From Escherichia coli (GTDB lineage: Bacteria; Pseudomonadota; Gammaproteobacteria; Enterobacterales; Enterobacteriaceae), in assembly GCF_965641715.1 (NCBI RefSeq), contig NZ_OZ282453.1: a stretch of DNA of 64,000 bases, one strand, 5' to 3'. Below, piece after piece: positions 36,090 to 46,240 of this stretch. The notes under the pieces were generated by a model, which was not told where the DNA came from, ran no database searches, and saw nothing but the letters and a program-made list of their open reading frames with translations. The position numbers and the translations under genes are program-made. How positions within the stretch are numbered: position 1 is the stretch's first letter; every line of letters begins with the position of its first letter.

Positions 36090-36728
36090 ATGAGCAAGCA
36101 AACAATATCTGAACGCATAACCCAACGTATGCATGCGCTAAACCTGAAAGGCAAAGACCTTGTCAATGCCACTGGCGCATCAAAAGGCTCCGTAAGTCAA
36201 TGGATGAACGGTGGAGGAGCGCCGTCCTCGCGTTACATAAGTTCACTGGCAAAAATATTGAAAGTAAACGAAAATTGGCTTCTTAATGGAGGAGAGTTAA
36301 ATACAGGTGATTCGCTTGATCTATCTTTACCGCCGATAAAAACGGTTCCGCTACTATCACTTCAGCAGGCAGCAAGCTGGAGTGATTATATGAAAAATTC
36401 CTCAATAACCTCTTGTGTGCAGCTTGTCGGAGAAATCCCGGCCAATACCTTTGCAGTTGTTCTAGAGAGTGACAGTATGTCAACATCTGGTGGGGGAGTT
36501 TCCATCCCAAATGGTTCAACAGTTTTTGTTGATCCCGATCGAACCGTACAACCAGGAAATATTGTCCTTGCCTTACCCAAAGGGACCACAACACCTGTCA
36601 TTCGTAAACTGGAGATAGAAGGGCCGGATATTCTTTTAGTCCCCACGAATCCTCGCTACCCTTCAATTATGCTGGATGATCTATCTTGCATATTGGGCGT
36701 ATGCTTTAAAATTCAACAAGATATTTAA
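36090..36728 (+). CDS. CI-type repressor (HTH + S24 LexA-like peptidase)
   Basis: N-terminal HTH (..KGKDLVNATGASKGSVSQW..), C-terminal S24 domain. Confidence 0.8.
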   Translation: MSKQTISERITQRMHALNLKGKDLVNATGASKGSVSQWMNGGGAPSSRYISSLAKILKVNENWLLNGGELNTGDSLDLSLPPIKTVPLLSLQQAASWSDYMKNSSITSCVQLVGEIPANTFAVVLESDSMSTSGGGVSIPNGSTVFVDPDRTVQPGNIVLALPKGTTTPVIRKLEIEGPDILLVPTNPRYPSIMLDDLSCILGVCFKIQQDI

Positions 36729-37159
36729 CCGACCTCATCTATTTGATTAACTGTATGCCATCGTGGTGATGGCTTAACAGCTGCCTGCTTAAAATGTTTT
36801 GATAAAAAAACATTGACCTGAAAAGTTCATTTTTCTAAACTTCATTCATTCCCTCTCCCCACCCCACAGAATGCAGGGCAATACTTCGAGTTACCAGGCA
36901 GTGGTCAGGGGTTAAGTAGCCAGCCTGAGGCGTAAGAACATGACGGCAGGGTCCAACTTTAATAACTATGCAGCAGGTTTTTGTTCCGCTACCCCGGCGT
37001 TAAGGGGAAACAGAGGATTTCTCAGTGGGCGAAGTCAAACATCAGAATGGAAGGCATCACGGGATCGGCAAAGAAGCAGCAATGGCGCTTTATATTGACA
37101 TCAGCGCCATTGCCGGACAGGTAAGAGTTATCAGAGCGGTAACTAAGCGGTATGCGTCT

Positions 37160-37366
37160 TTATTTCAGAAAGTCTCTGGTGAGTGCACCGAAGATATTGT
37201 CAACGATTTCGTCATCGAACTGCGAGGACTCATCTTCAGTTACAAGGTGACCACAATTTTTGCAGATGGCTCCCGCGAAACTGTCAGAGCCCTGCGGCTT
37301 AAAGGATGTGTCAAAGACTTCGCCACCACATTCTGGGCAAGAAAACTTGATTGTATTCATAACCAA
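37160..37366 (-). CDS. Zinc-ribbon small protein (tentative)
   Basis: CPECGG..CKNCGH; overlaps an alternative plus-strand ORF 37025..37381. Confidence 0.3.
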   Translation of the reverse strand: MVMNTIKFSCPECGGEVFDTSFKPQGSDSFAGAICKNCGHLVTEDESSQFDDEIVDNIFGALTRDFLK

Positions 37367-37452
37367 TTTCCTCTCGAGTAACAGACCCCTCAGAGGATAC
37401 CACCTCGCCTGACGTGGTTAAAAGCAGGCAATGCGAACCACAAGGAGCTGAC

Positions 37453-37671
37453 ATGCAGAAACGAGAACCTGTCATCATCGCGCCAGACTATACCGATGAT
37501 GAACTTTATGAGTGGATGCGCCAGAAAATTAATGCAGCGCAGGATCTGAAATGGGCTAATGAAGCCAGGGCTAAGCAGGCTGAAAATCTGTTCTCTCTGG
37601 AGCAGGATATCACCAATCTGGAAAAAGCAGCGGCATTAAGCATTGCCAGAATGATTACATACCCACGTTAA
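37453..37671 (+). CDS. YdfC-like protein (72 aa)
   Basis: AAGGAG RBS before ATG; size and position as in Qin dicB operon; ORF track start 37414. Confidence 0.4.
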   Translation: MQKREPVIIAPDYTDDELYEWMRQKINAAQDLKWANEARAKQAENLFSLEQDITNLEKAAALSIARMITYPR

Positions 37672-37693
37672 TAGCTAACCAACGAGGCTAATA

Positions 37694-38101
37694 ATGGAAT
37701 TTAAAGATTTACCAAAAGAAATCCAGACAATTGCTGCAACGACTCTCGGTGATAGTCTGGTGAAAATTGACCCGGCATACACCAAAAAAGAAACCATCGA
37801 TAATATGGTTCGTAATGTGCGCAATGCTTTTTCTGGGCTATATGGTTCTGATAATCAAAAGCAGGAAAGCGATGTTAATGAACGGGTAATTTCTGTTTGC
37901 GTGAATGGCCATGTTCTTTCATCAATCAAAACAGAAACAGCGACAGTCTTCGATTGCCTTTGCATTGTACAGAGCCTTGTTGATGCCCTGTTTCGTTCAG
38001 TGAATTTAGAAAATGATGCAAATCTGCGAGGGCGCACAATAGCACATCCATATGCACATACTTTAGGCTCTGTGGATATCAAAGATCCCACAAATCTTTA
38101 A
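37694..38101 (+). CDS. Hypothetical protein
   Basis: 135 aa ORF in pL-type operon. Confidence 0.4.
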   Translation: MEFKDLPKEIQTIAATTLGDSLVKIDPAYTKKETIDNMVRNVRNAFSGLYGSDNQKQESDVNERVISVCVNGHVLSSIKTETATVFDCLCIVQSLVDALFRSVNLENDANLRGRTIAHPYAHTLGSVDIKDPTNL

Positions 38102-38645
38102 TGAAATAGTTAACGCGAATTGTACTTGCTCTTTCAGTTGCTTTCAGAATACGCGTTGAAACTGCTGGCGGTAATTTGGTATTCCATTTATTAAAATCAT
38201 GCCCGGGGAAGTACTCTTCGAAAATACTTTTAACTGCAGACTCGCCTATTGAAATGCTGCTTACCATGCGATTTTGATAAAGGCATTTAGCAATAAGAGT
38301 TGATTTTAACATTCACCCTCCTGAGGGTTGGTAATTAAGGAGTTCTCCACGGGTGAGGTGGAGTGCGTGCGCCGGACACGGGTGAACATCCGGCACTGAC
38401 AGTTTACTGAAAGGATATTTCCCTGAAAAGTCAGACCATAACGCGAAAGCGCACGGCGAGGTAGCTGGTTCATAGATAGCCTGTCGTTAAATTTTCGTCG
38501 ACCGTGCGCTTCCGGTTGTGGCAACCCGCGAAATGGCGCGGCGGTAAGTATGGCGGGGTTATTCCTTCCCCGTTGAGGACACCGGGTTGTCAGGTTGACC
38601 ATACGCTTAAGTGACAACCCCGCTGCAACGCCCTCTGTTATCAAT

Positions 38646-38698
38646 TTTCTGGTGACGTTTGGCGGTATCAGTTTTACTCCGTGACTGCTCTGCCGCCC
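38646..38698 (+). ncRNA. dicF: DicF small RNA (cell-division inhibitor sRNA)
   Basis: tttctggtgacgtttggcggtatcagttttactccgtgactgctctgccgccc + T-run matches DicF as recalled. Confidence 0.65.
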
Positions 38699-38872
38699 TT
38701 TTTAAAGTGAATTTTGTGATGCGGTGAATGCGGCTAAGCGCACGCGGAACAGTTAAAACCAAAAACAGTGTTATGGGTGGATTCTCTGTATCCGGCGTTA
38801 ATTGTTAACTGGTTAACGTCACCTGGAGGCACCAGGCACTGCATCACAAAATTCATTGTTGAGGACGCGATA

Positions 38873-39061
38873 ATGAAAACGTTATTACCAAACGTTAATA
38901 CGTCTGAAGGTTGTTTTGAAATTGGTGTCACTATCAGTAACCCTGTATTTACTGAAGATGCCATTAACAAGAGAAAACAAGAACGGGAGCTATTAAATAA
39001 AATATGCATTGTTTCAATGCTGGCTCGTTTACGTCTGATGCCAAAAGGATGTGCACAATGA
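38873..39061 (+). CDS. dicB: Cell division inhibitor DicB (62 aa)
   Basis: MKTLLPNVNTSEGCFEIGVT.. directly downstream of DicF; ORF track start 38768. Confidence 0.7.
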   Translation: MKTLLPNVNTSEGCFEIGVTISNPVFTEDAINKRKQERELLNKICIVSMLARLRLMPKGCAQ

Positions 39062-39249
39062 ATTCAGCATTTGCGCTTGTTCTGACAGTTTTTCTTGTTT
39101 CCGGAGAGCCAGTTGATATTGCAGTCAGTGTTCACAGGACAATGCAGGAGTGTATGACTGCAGCAACCGAACAGAAAATTCCCGGTAACTGTTACCCGGT
39201 CGATAAAGTTATTCACCAGGATAATATCGAAATCCCGGCAGGTCTTTAA
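39058..39249 (+). CDS. ydfD: YdfD-like protein (63 aa)
   Basis: MNSAFALVLTVFLVSGEPV.. follows dicB with ATGA overlap. Confidence 0.55.
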   Translation: MNSAFALVLTVFLVSGEPVDIAVSVHRTMQECMTAATEQKIPGNCYPVDKVIHQDNIEIPAGL

Positions 39250-39342
39250 AACAGTTCCGTAATAAATATCCGGTTTCATTCTTATATGCCAGCAATGGCA
39301 GGGATTTGTTCATCCTTAAATCTGTCATGAGGTTAAAACAAA

Positions 39343-41814
39343 ATGAGTAAAGTCTTTATTTGCGCCGCTATTCCTGACGAACTGGCAACAAGGGAAGAAG
39401 GCGCTGTGGCTGTAGCCACAGCCATTGAAGCTGGCGACGAACGCCGTGCTCGAGCAAAATTTCACTGGCAGTTCCTGGAACATTATCCGGCTGCTCAGGA
39501 CTGCGCTTATAAATTTATTGTCTGCGAGGATAAACCTGGCATACCCCGCCATGCCCTCGATTCATGGGATGCTGAATATATGCAGGAAAACCGCTGGGAT
39601 GAGGAGTCTGCTTCTTTTGTCCCGGTTGAGACTGAATCCGATCCGATGAACGTCACTTTTGACAAGCTGGCCCCTGAAGTACAGAACGCTGTCATGGTTA
39701 AGTTCGACACATGTGAAAACATCACCGTTGATATGGTTATTAGCGCACAGGAATTGTTGCAGGAAGACATGGCAACATTCGACGGACATATCGTTGAAGC
39801 GTTGATGAAAATGCCAGAAGTTAACGCCATGTATCCGGAGCTTAAGTTGCACGCCATTGGGTGGGTTAAGCATAAATGTATTCCTGGTGCTAAATGGCCC
39901 GAAATTCAGGCAGAGATGCGCATCTGGAAAAAACGTCGCGAAGGTGAACGCAAGGAAACCGGAAAATACACGTCTGTTGTTGATCTCGCCCGCGCCAGAG
40001 CCAATCAACAGAACACTGAAAATTCAACAGGAAAAATCAGCCCGGTCATTGCTGCCACTCATCGCGAATACAAGCAGACATGGAAAACACTGGATGACGA
40101 ACTGGCCTACGCTCTCTGGCCTGGTGATGTGGATGCCGGAAACATTGACGGCAGCATCCATCGCTGGGCAAAAAAAGAAGTTATCGACAACGACCGCGAA
40201 GACTGGAAGCGTATCTCGGCATCAATGCGCAAACAGCCTGATGCCCTTCGCTACGACCGCCAGACTATTTTTGGCCTTGTCCGTGAACGTCCGATCGACA
40301 TTCACAAAGACCCTGTGGCACTGAACAAATACATTACTGAATACCTGACTACAAAGGGCGTGTTTGAAGATGAAGGAAGAAATCAGAGCGCAACTGATAC
40401 TCTCTCGTCGCCAGTACCAGAAACTGATGCAGTGGAAACGGCAATTCCGGACAACGAAAAAACCGAATGCAAAGTGGAAGTCGAACCATCTGTAGAGCGT
40501 GAAGGGCCGTTCTACTTCCTCTTCACCGACAAGGATAGCGAAAAATACGGTCGCGCAAACAAACTTTCTGGTCTGGATAAGGCACTGGCTGCAGGGGCTA
40601 CTGAAATCACGAAAGAAGAATATTTCGCCCGCAAAAACGGTACATACTCAGGTTCACAACAAAATACTGGTGCATCTGACACGACCGCACAACCAGGGCC
40701 GGTAAAAGTTACCGCTGACGAAGTAAACAAAATTATGCAGGCAGCCAATATCAGCCAGCCTGACGCCGATGAACTGCTTGCAGTATCACGTGGTGAATTT
40801 GTTGCAGGGATTAGCGATCCGAATGATCCGAAATGGGTGAAGGGGATTGAAACCCGCGATTCTGTGAACCAGAACCAGCAAGAAACGGAACAGAACGACC
40901 AGAAAGCGGAACAAAACAGCCCAAATACGCCACAAAACGAGCCAGAAACGAAACTACCTGAACCAGTAGTGCAACAGGAAGTGGAAAAAGTCTGCACCGC
41001 CTGCGGTCAGACCGGCGGCGGCAACTGCCCTGATTGTGGTGCGGTGATGGGCGACGCAACATACCAAGAAACATTCGATGAAGAGTATCAGGTTGAAGTT
41101 CAGGAAGATGATCCGGAGGAAATGGAAGGCGCTGAACATCCACACAAGGAGAACACTGGCGGCAATCAGCATCACAATAGCGATAATGAGACTGGCGAGA
41201 CGGCAGATCACTCAATTAAGGTGAACGGTCATCACGAAATCACATCCACCAGCAGGACGTGTGACCATCTAATGATCGACCTTGAAACCATGGGAAAAAA
41301 TCCTGATGCCCCGATCATCTCAATAGGTGCAATATTTTTCGATCCGCAAACCGGAGATATGGGACCGGAATTTAGTAAGACTATCGATCTGGAAACTGCT
41401 GGCGGAGTCATTGATCGGGACACCATTAAATGGTGGCTTAAGCAATCACGCGAAGCGCAATCTGCCATTATGACCGATGAAATCCCGTTAGATGATGCAC
41501 TGTTACAATTGCGGGAATTTATCGACGAAAACTCCGGTGAATTTTTTGTTCAGGTTTGGGGAAATGGAGCCAACTTCGACAACACGATTTTGCGCCGTTC
41601 ATACGAACGGCAGGGGATCCCCTGCCCGTGGCGTTACTACAACGATCGCGATGTACGCACAATCGTTGAGCTGGGGAAAGCCATAGACTTCGATGCCAGA
41701 ACGGCTATTCCATTCGAAGGTGAGCGCCATAATGCACTTGATGACGCTCGTTACCAGGCAAAATACGTTTCAGCTATCTGGCAAAAACTGATCCCGAGTC
41801 AGGCTGATTTTTAA
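39343..41814 (+). CDS. RecE-like exonuclease with C-terminal DnaQ-type 3'-5' exonuclease domain
   Basis: 823 aa; ..SRGEFVAGISDPNDPKWVKGIETRD.. RecE-like segment, CxxC..CxxC ribbon, C-terminal DLETMG..H..D. Confidence 0.5.
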   Translation: MSKVFICAAIPDELATREEGAVAVATAIEAGDERRARAKFHWQFLEHYPAAQDCAYKFIVCEDKPGIPRHALDSWDAEYMQENRWDEESASFVPVETESDPMNVTFDKLAPEVQNAVMVKFDTCENITVDMVISAQELLQEDMATFDGHIVEALMKMPEVNAMYPELKLHAIGWVKHKCIPGAKWPEIQAEMRIWKKRREGERKETGKYTSVVDLARARANQQNTENSTGKISPVIAATHREYKQTWKTLDDELAYALWPGDVDAGNIDGSIHRWAKKEVIDNDREDWKRISASMRKQPDALRYDRQTIFGLVRERPIDIHKDPVALNKYITEYLTTKGVFEDEGRNQSATDTLSSPVPETDAVETAIPDNEKTECKVEVEPSVEREGPFYFLFTDKDSEKYGRANKLSGLDKALAAGATEITKEEYFARKNGTYSGSQQNTGASDTTAQPGPVKVTADEVNKIMQAANISQPDADELLAVSRGEFVAGISDPNDPKWVKGIETRDSVNQNQQETEQNDQKAEQNSPNTPQNEPETKLPEPVVQQEVEKVCTACGQTGGGNCPDCGAVMGDATYQETFDEEYQVEVQEDDPEEMEGAEHPHKENTGGNQHHNSDNETGETADHSIKVNGHHEITSTSRTCDHLMIDLETMGKNPDAPIISIGAIFFDPQTGDMGPEFSKTIDLETAGGVIDRDTIKWWLKQSREAQSAIMTDEIPLDDALLQLREFIDENSGEFFVQVWGNGANFDNTILRRSYERQGIPCPWRYYNDRDVRTIVELGKAIDFDARTAIPFEGERHNALDDARYQAKYVSAIWQKLIPSQADF

Positions 41815-41875
41815 TGTTCAACTGTCGCCAGTTGTCGTTGGTATTCTGCAACTGGCGCGTTCCGGAGTGATAGCC

Positions 41876-42145
41876 ATGAGCGAACAGTACCTGATAACGC
41901 TCGATGAGTGGAAGCCAAAACGGTTCAGTCTCCCAATAACAAACACTACCCTGGTGAAATACGGAAAACTAGGATACATCGTTCCAAGACCACAAAAAAT
42001 TCGTGGGCGTTGGCTGATAGATCGCCGGGCAGTATTTGTTGGACCTGGTGAAACGGGAATTGCGCCGGAAATTCATACTGGCGATGATGATGCACTGAAG
42101 GAGATTTTAACTCATGTCACCGAGGCCACGAAAAAACAGCACTGA
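41876..42145 (+). CDS. Excisionase-like protein
   Basis: Call by position only: small ORF immediately upstream of and overlapping int. Confidence 0.4.
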   Translation: MSEQYLITLDEWKPKRFSLPITNTTLVKYGKLGYIVPRPQKIRGRWLIDRRAVFVGPGETGIAPEIHTGDDDALKEILTHVTEATKKQH

Positions 42146-43232
42146 CGTAACCGGTCTTTACGAAAAGTTTGATCGCAGAACTGGCAGGGTTTACTACCAG
42201 TATAAAAACCCTGTGACTGGAAAATTTCACGGTCTCGGAACAGACAAAGGCAAAGCAGAAAAAATCGCTTCCACAGCCAATCAGCGAATAGCTGCAGCAG
42301 AAGCTGAATATTTCATGCGCAAAATTGATGAAAGTCCGTCAGCAACAAAACGTCGGGGTATCAGATTAAAGGCATGGGTTGATCGATATCTGAAAATACA
42401 GGACGCGCGACTGAAAAATGGAGATATTGCAGCTACAACTCACAAAGAAAAAGCCCGAATGGCTGCATACCTGGTTTCCCGTCTGGGAAACCACCCATTG
42501 AAAGAACTGGAAGTAAGAGACTTTGCATTAATACTGGATGAGTGGCTGGATAAAGACATGGTCAGCACAGCGAGAGTAAATCGTGGATTATGGGTTGATA
42601 TTTATAAAGAAGCACAGCATGCAGGGGAAGTTCCTCCTGGATGGAATCCTCCGGAGGCTACCCGTAAACCGATCCCTAAAGTAACCAGAGCCAGACTCAC
42701 CCTAGAGGACTGGCAAAAAATTTACAATTCAACACCAGAAAAACACTTTATCCGTAACGCAATGCTTCTTGCGATTGTTACTGGTCAGCGCCGTGATGAC
42801 ATTTGCCACATGCGTTTTTCAGATGTGTGGAACGAACACTTGCATATCACCCAGGGAAAAACCGGAATGCGTCTGGCGTTACCGCTTACGCTACGCTGTG
42901 ATGCCATTGGAATATCGCTAAAAGAAGTGATTGATGGATGCAAGGACAGAATATTGAGTCCATACCTGATTCATAGTCGGCACCAGAAACAACCAAAACC
43001 AATGAGTAAAGATAACCTGAGCGACTACTTTGCTAAAGCGCGGGATCTGGCAGGAATAACTCCACCAGCAGGAAAAACACCACCAACATTTCATGAACAA
43101 CGCTCCCTGTCAGAACGACTGTACCGCGCACAGGGTATCGATACAAAAACATTACTGGGACATAAAGTCCAAGCAACCACCGATCGTTATAACGATACTC
43201 GTGGTCAGGAATGGGTTAAATTGGTTGTTTGA
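42114..43232 (+). CDS. Tyrosine integrase (helper prophage)
   Basis: 372 aa lambda-family integrase at prophage end. Confidence 0.85.
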   Translation: MSPRPRKNSTDVTGLYEKFDRRTGRVYYQYKNPVTGKFHGLGTDKGKAEKIASTANQRIAAAEAEYFMRKIDESPSATKRRGIRLKAWVDRYLKIQDARLKNGDIAATTHKEKARMAAYLVSRLGNHPLKELEVRDFALILDEWLDKDMVSTARVNRGLWVDIYKEAQHAGEVPPGWNPPEATRKPIPKVTRARLTLEDWQKIYNSTPEKHFIRNAMLLAIVTGQRRDDICHMRFSDVWNEHLHITQGKTGMRLALPLTLRCDAIGISLKEVIDGCKDRILSPYLIHSRHQKQPKPMSKDNLSDYFAKARDLAGITPPAGKTPPTFHEQRSLSERLYRAQGIDTKTLLGHKVQATTDRYNDTRGQEWVKLVV

Positions 43233-43335
43233 CGAAATAAATACAGCTGTAACGTTGCCAGTAATTAACAACCGATAAAAATGTTGATATTGCTTTACTG
43301 ATGTAAAAACCCCGGCTGATGCCGGGGTTTGGAGA

Positions 43336-43803
43336 CTAATCTTGATCAGGTTCCTGCTTAGAATAATGTTTTCCAACAATAAATGCCGTAACCAATGCAA
43401 CAAGATCTATTGAAACGAGAGCTCCAGCAAGAACAGTCTCCCCCATGACACCAAAGACAGCAGCAACGAAGATAATCAATATCGCCAGCCAAAAAGCCTT
43501 TGTTTGACCATCTCTGGCAATATCAATGGTATCAGCCACCGTTTTGTGGCGATGAGCCTGCTCCTTTTCAGTCAACTCAACAAGCCTATTTGCAAGCCCT
43601 GGCATCAGTTGATCATACTTTTTAAGCATTGATGGCGGAGGAACCGGCCCCTGAAAATGCTGGCAAACAATAGCTCGCACCTGCGGGCTCTCCAAAACCC
43701 TGTTTAAGACTTCTGGATTTTCGATTACTCGAGAAACCAGTTCATTGTCCTTTTGTTCTTCACAAGTGAGTTTGGTGTTCTCACTTTCTTTTTGATCTGG
43801 CAT
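43336..43803 (-). CDS. Membrane protein (soluble N-domain + two C-terminal TM helices), possibly YmfA-like
   Basis: 155 aa cargo gene between int and chromosomal potC. Confidence 0.4.
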   Translation of the reverse strand: MPDQKESENTKLTCEEQKDNELVSRVIENPEVLNRVLESPQVRAIVCQHFQGPVPPPSMLKKYDQLMPGLANRLVELTEKEQAHRHKTVADTIDIARDGQTKAFWLAILIIFVAAVFGVMGETVLAGALVSIDLVALVTAFIVGKHYSKQEPDQD

Positions 43804-43984
43804 TGTTCAGCTTTTCAACGTTAACGGATACCATTGCTCTTTGGAAATCGCCTCTGATAGCCGCAGCATCCTGACGCAAAGCGGCAACTGGATTCGCTGG
43901 CATACCATTTGCTGAAACGACCGCTGGGCTCAGGGCTATAACCGAGCCAATGGCTTGCAACAAAGCCACTCTTTTACGCTTCAT
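43781..43984 (-). CDS. Small secreted protein
   Basis: Signal peptide MKRKRVALLQAIGSVIALSPAVVSA; ORF track start 44023. Confidence 0.3.
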   Translation of the reverse strand: MKRKRVALLQAIGSVIALSPAVVSANGMPANPVAALRQDAAAIRGDFQRAMVSVNVEKLNNARSKRK

Positions 43985-44291
43985 AGTCACTCCTGAGTTC
44001 AATGAGATTTCAAACGGATTCAAAGTGAATCATGTTAGGTAATTCTAATACCACATTATGTGTTTTTTCAACACGAAGAAATCGCATCAAAAATCTCATT
44101 CGGAAAGTGATATGGGTAAACAAACTGGAATACTTTTCTGTCCTAGTGTGCTCGCCATGTATAAAAATGCTGTAAAATGCGTGGTCCTGTTTTGGGGAAA
44201 AGTTTTGGAGAGATTTTGGAGAAAGGAAAAAATTGAATAAATTCAAAATCCTGAAAGTGCTCCACCTTATGAATAAGAAGGTAGAACTCGA

Positions 44292-45086
44292 ATGATCGGT
44301 CGACTGCTTCGCGGCGGTTTTATGACCGCTATCTACGCGTACCTGTATATCCCAATCATTATTTTGATTGTGAACTCTTTCAACAGCTCGCGCTTTGGCA
44401 TCAACTGGCAGGGTTTTACCACTAAATGGTATAGCCTGCTGATGAACAACGACAGTCTGTTGCAGGCAGCTCAGCATTCATTGACGATGGCGGTGTTTTC
44501 AGCGACGTTTGCTACGCTTATCGGTTCACTGACTGCAGTTGCGCTGTACCGTTATCGCTTTCGCGGTAAGCCGTTCGTTAGCGGAATGCTGTTTGTGGTG
44601 ATGATGTCGCCAGATATTGTGATGGCGATTTCGCTGCTGGTGCTGTTTATGCTGCTGGGTATTCAGCTTGGCTTCTGGTCGCTGCTGTTCTCGCATATCA
44701 CCTTCTGCCTGCCATTTGTGGTGGTGACGGTGTATTCGCGCCTGAAAGGTTTTGACGTGCGAATGCTGGAAGCGGCGAAAGATCTCGGTGCCAGCGAATT
44801 TACCATTCTGCGAAAAATCATTCTGCCACTGGCAATGCCAGCGGTGGCGGCGGGCTGGGTGTTAAGCTTTACCCTGTCGATGGACGATGTGGTGGTTTCT
44901 TCGTTCGTCACTGGGCCGAGTTATGAAATTCTGCCGTTAAAAATTTATTCGATGGTCAAAGTCGGCGTATCGCCGGAAGTTAACGCGCTGGCAACCATAT
45001 TACTGGTGCTGTCGCTGGTGATGGTTATTGCCAGCCAGCTTATTGCTCGTGATAAAACGAAAGGTAACACAGGGGACGTTAAATGA
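44292..45086 (+). CDS. potC: Spermidine/putrescine ABC transporter permease PotC
   Basis: 264 aa, sequence and length match PotC; overlaps potD start. Confidence 0.95.
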   Translation: MIGRLLRGGFMTAIYAYLYIPIIILIVNSFNSSRFGINWQGFTTKWYSLLMNNDSLLQAAQHSLTMAVFSATFATLIGSLTAVALYRYRFRGKPFVSGMLFVVMMSPDIVMAISLLVLFMLLGIQLGFWSLLFSHITFCLPFVVVTVYSRLKGFDVRMLEAAKDLGASEFTILRKIILPLAMPAVAAGWVLSFTLSMDDVVVSSFVTGPSYEILPLKIYSMVKVGVSPEVNALATILLVLSLVMVIASQLIARDKTKGNTGDVK

Positions 45087-46129
45087 AAAAATGGTCACGC
45101 CACCTGCTCGCGGCGGGTGCTCTGGCACTGGGCATGAGCGCCGCTCACGCCGATGACAACAATACGCTGTATTTCTACAACTGGACCGAGTACGTGCCGC
45201 CAGGACTGCTTGAACAGTTCACCAAAGAAACCGGTATTAAGGTTATCTATTCGACTTACGAGTCGAACGAAACCATGTACGCCAAGCTGAAAACGTACAA
45301 AGACGGTGCCTACGACCTGGTGGTTCCTTCAACCTATTACGTCGATAAAATGCGTAAAGAAGGGATGATCCAGAAGATCGACAAATCGAAGTTAAGCAAT
45401 TTCAGCAACCTCGATCCAGACATGCTCAACAAGCCGTTTGACCCAAATAACGACTACTCCATTCCGTATATCTGGGGGGCGACGGCGATTGGCGTTAACG
45501 GTGATGCGGTAGATCCGAAATCCGTTACCAGCTGGGCCGATCTGTGGAAGCCTGAGTACAAAGGCAGCCTGCTGCTGACCGACGATGCCCGTGAAGTGTT
45601 CCAGATGGCGCTGCGTAAGCTGGGCTACTCCGGTAACACCACCGATCCGAAAGAGATTGAAGCTGCATATAACGAGCTGAAAAAACTGATGCCAAACGTG
45701 GCAGCCTTTAACTCCGATAACCCGGCTAACCCGTACATGGAAGGCGAAGTTAACCTCGGCATGATCTGGAACGGTTCTGCTTTCGTTGCACGCCAGGCGG
45801 GTACGCCTATTGACGTGGTGTGGCCGAAAGAAGGCGGTATATTCTGGATGGACAGCCTGGCGATCCCGGCAAATGCCAAAAACAAAGAAGGCGCGCTGAA
45901 ATTGATCAACTTCCTGCTGCGCCCGGATGTGGCAAAACAGGTTGCTGAAACTATCGGTTATCCAACGCCAAACCTTGCGGCGCGTAAGCTGTTAAGTCCA
46001 GAAGTGGCGAACGATAAGACGCTCTACCCGGATGCTGAAACCATTAAAAATGGCGAATGGCAGAATGACGTTGGCGCAGCCAGCAGCATTTATGAAGAGT
46101 ATTATCAGAAGCTGAAAGCAGGACGTTAA
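45083..46129 (+). CDS. potD: Spermidine/putrescine-binding periplasmic protein PotD
   Basis: 348 aa with signal peptide, matches PotD. Confidence 0.95.
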   Translation: MKKWSRHLLAAGALALGMSAAHADDNNTLYFYNWTEYVPPGLLEQFTKETGIKVIYSTYESNETMYAKLKTYKDGAYDLVVPSTYYVDKMRKEGMIQKIDKSKLSNFSNLDPDMLNKPFDPNNDYSIPYIWGATAIGVNGDAVDPKSVTSWADLWKPEYKGSLLLTDDAREVFQMALRKLGYSGNTTDPKEIEAAYNELKKLMPNVAAFNSDNPANPYMEGEVNLGMIWNGSAFVARQAGTPIDVVWPKEGGIFWMDSLAIPANAKNKEGALKLINFLLRPDVAKQVAETIGYPTPNLAARKLLSPEVANDKTLYPDAETIKNGEWQNDVGAASSIYEEYYQKLKAGR

Positions 46130-46135
46130 TTCAGC

Positions 46136-46168
46136 AAACGGGCGGTGGTATTACCGCCCGTTTTTTAT
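46136..46168 (+). terminator. Intrinsic terminator after potD
   Basis: aacgggcggtggtattaccgcccgtt hairpin followed by tttttt. Confidence 0.6.
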
Positions 46169-46240
46169 TTAGCAAGGATGTGGTTAATGAGTCAGGACAG
46201 TAGAGTTTTATCCCGCTCTTTCGTCGGTATTGTGGTCCGC

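Larger units (their letters stand above)
1..44291. mobile_element. Lambdoid prophage, right ~44 kb (late, lysis, Q, replication, immunity, recombination, xis-int); left end outside window
   Basis: Colinear lambda-like gene order on both strands, integrase at 42114..43232, chromosomal potC starts at 44292. Confidence 0.75.

Noticed and set aside
37025-37381. 118-aa plus-strand ORF overlapping the zinc-ribbon ORF on the opposite strand
   Set aside because: Only one of the two overlapping ORFs is likely real; the minus-strand one has a clear CxxC..CxxC ribbon, so the plus-strand ORF was not listed. Confidence is low either way.
38306-38644. 112-aa minus-strand ORF upstream of DicF
   Set aside because: Antisense to the dicF operon leader, Arg/Pro-rich, no RBS; the region is more plausibly the processed 5' part of the DicF precursor.
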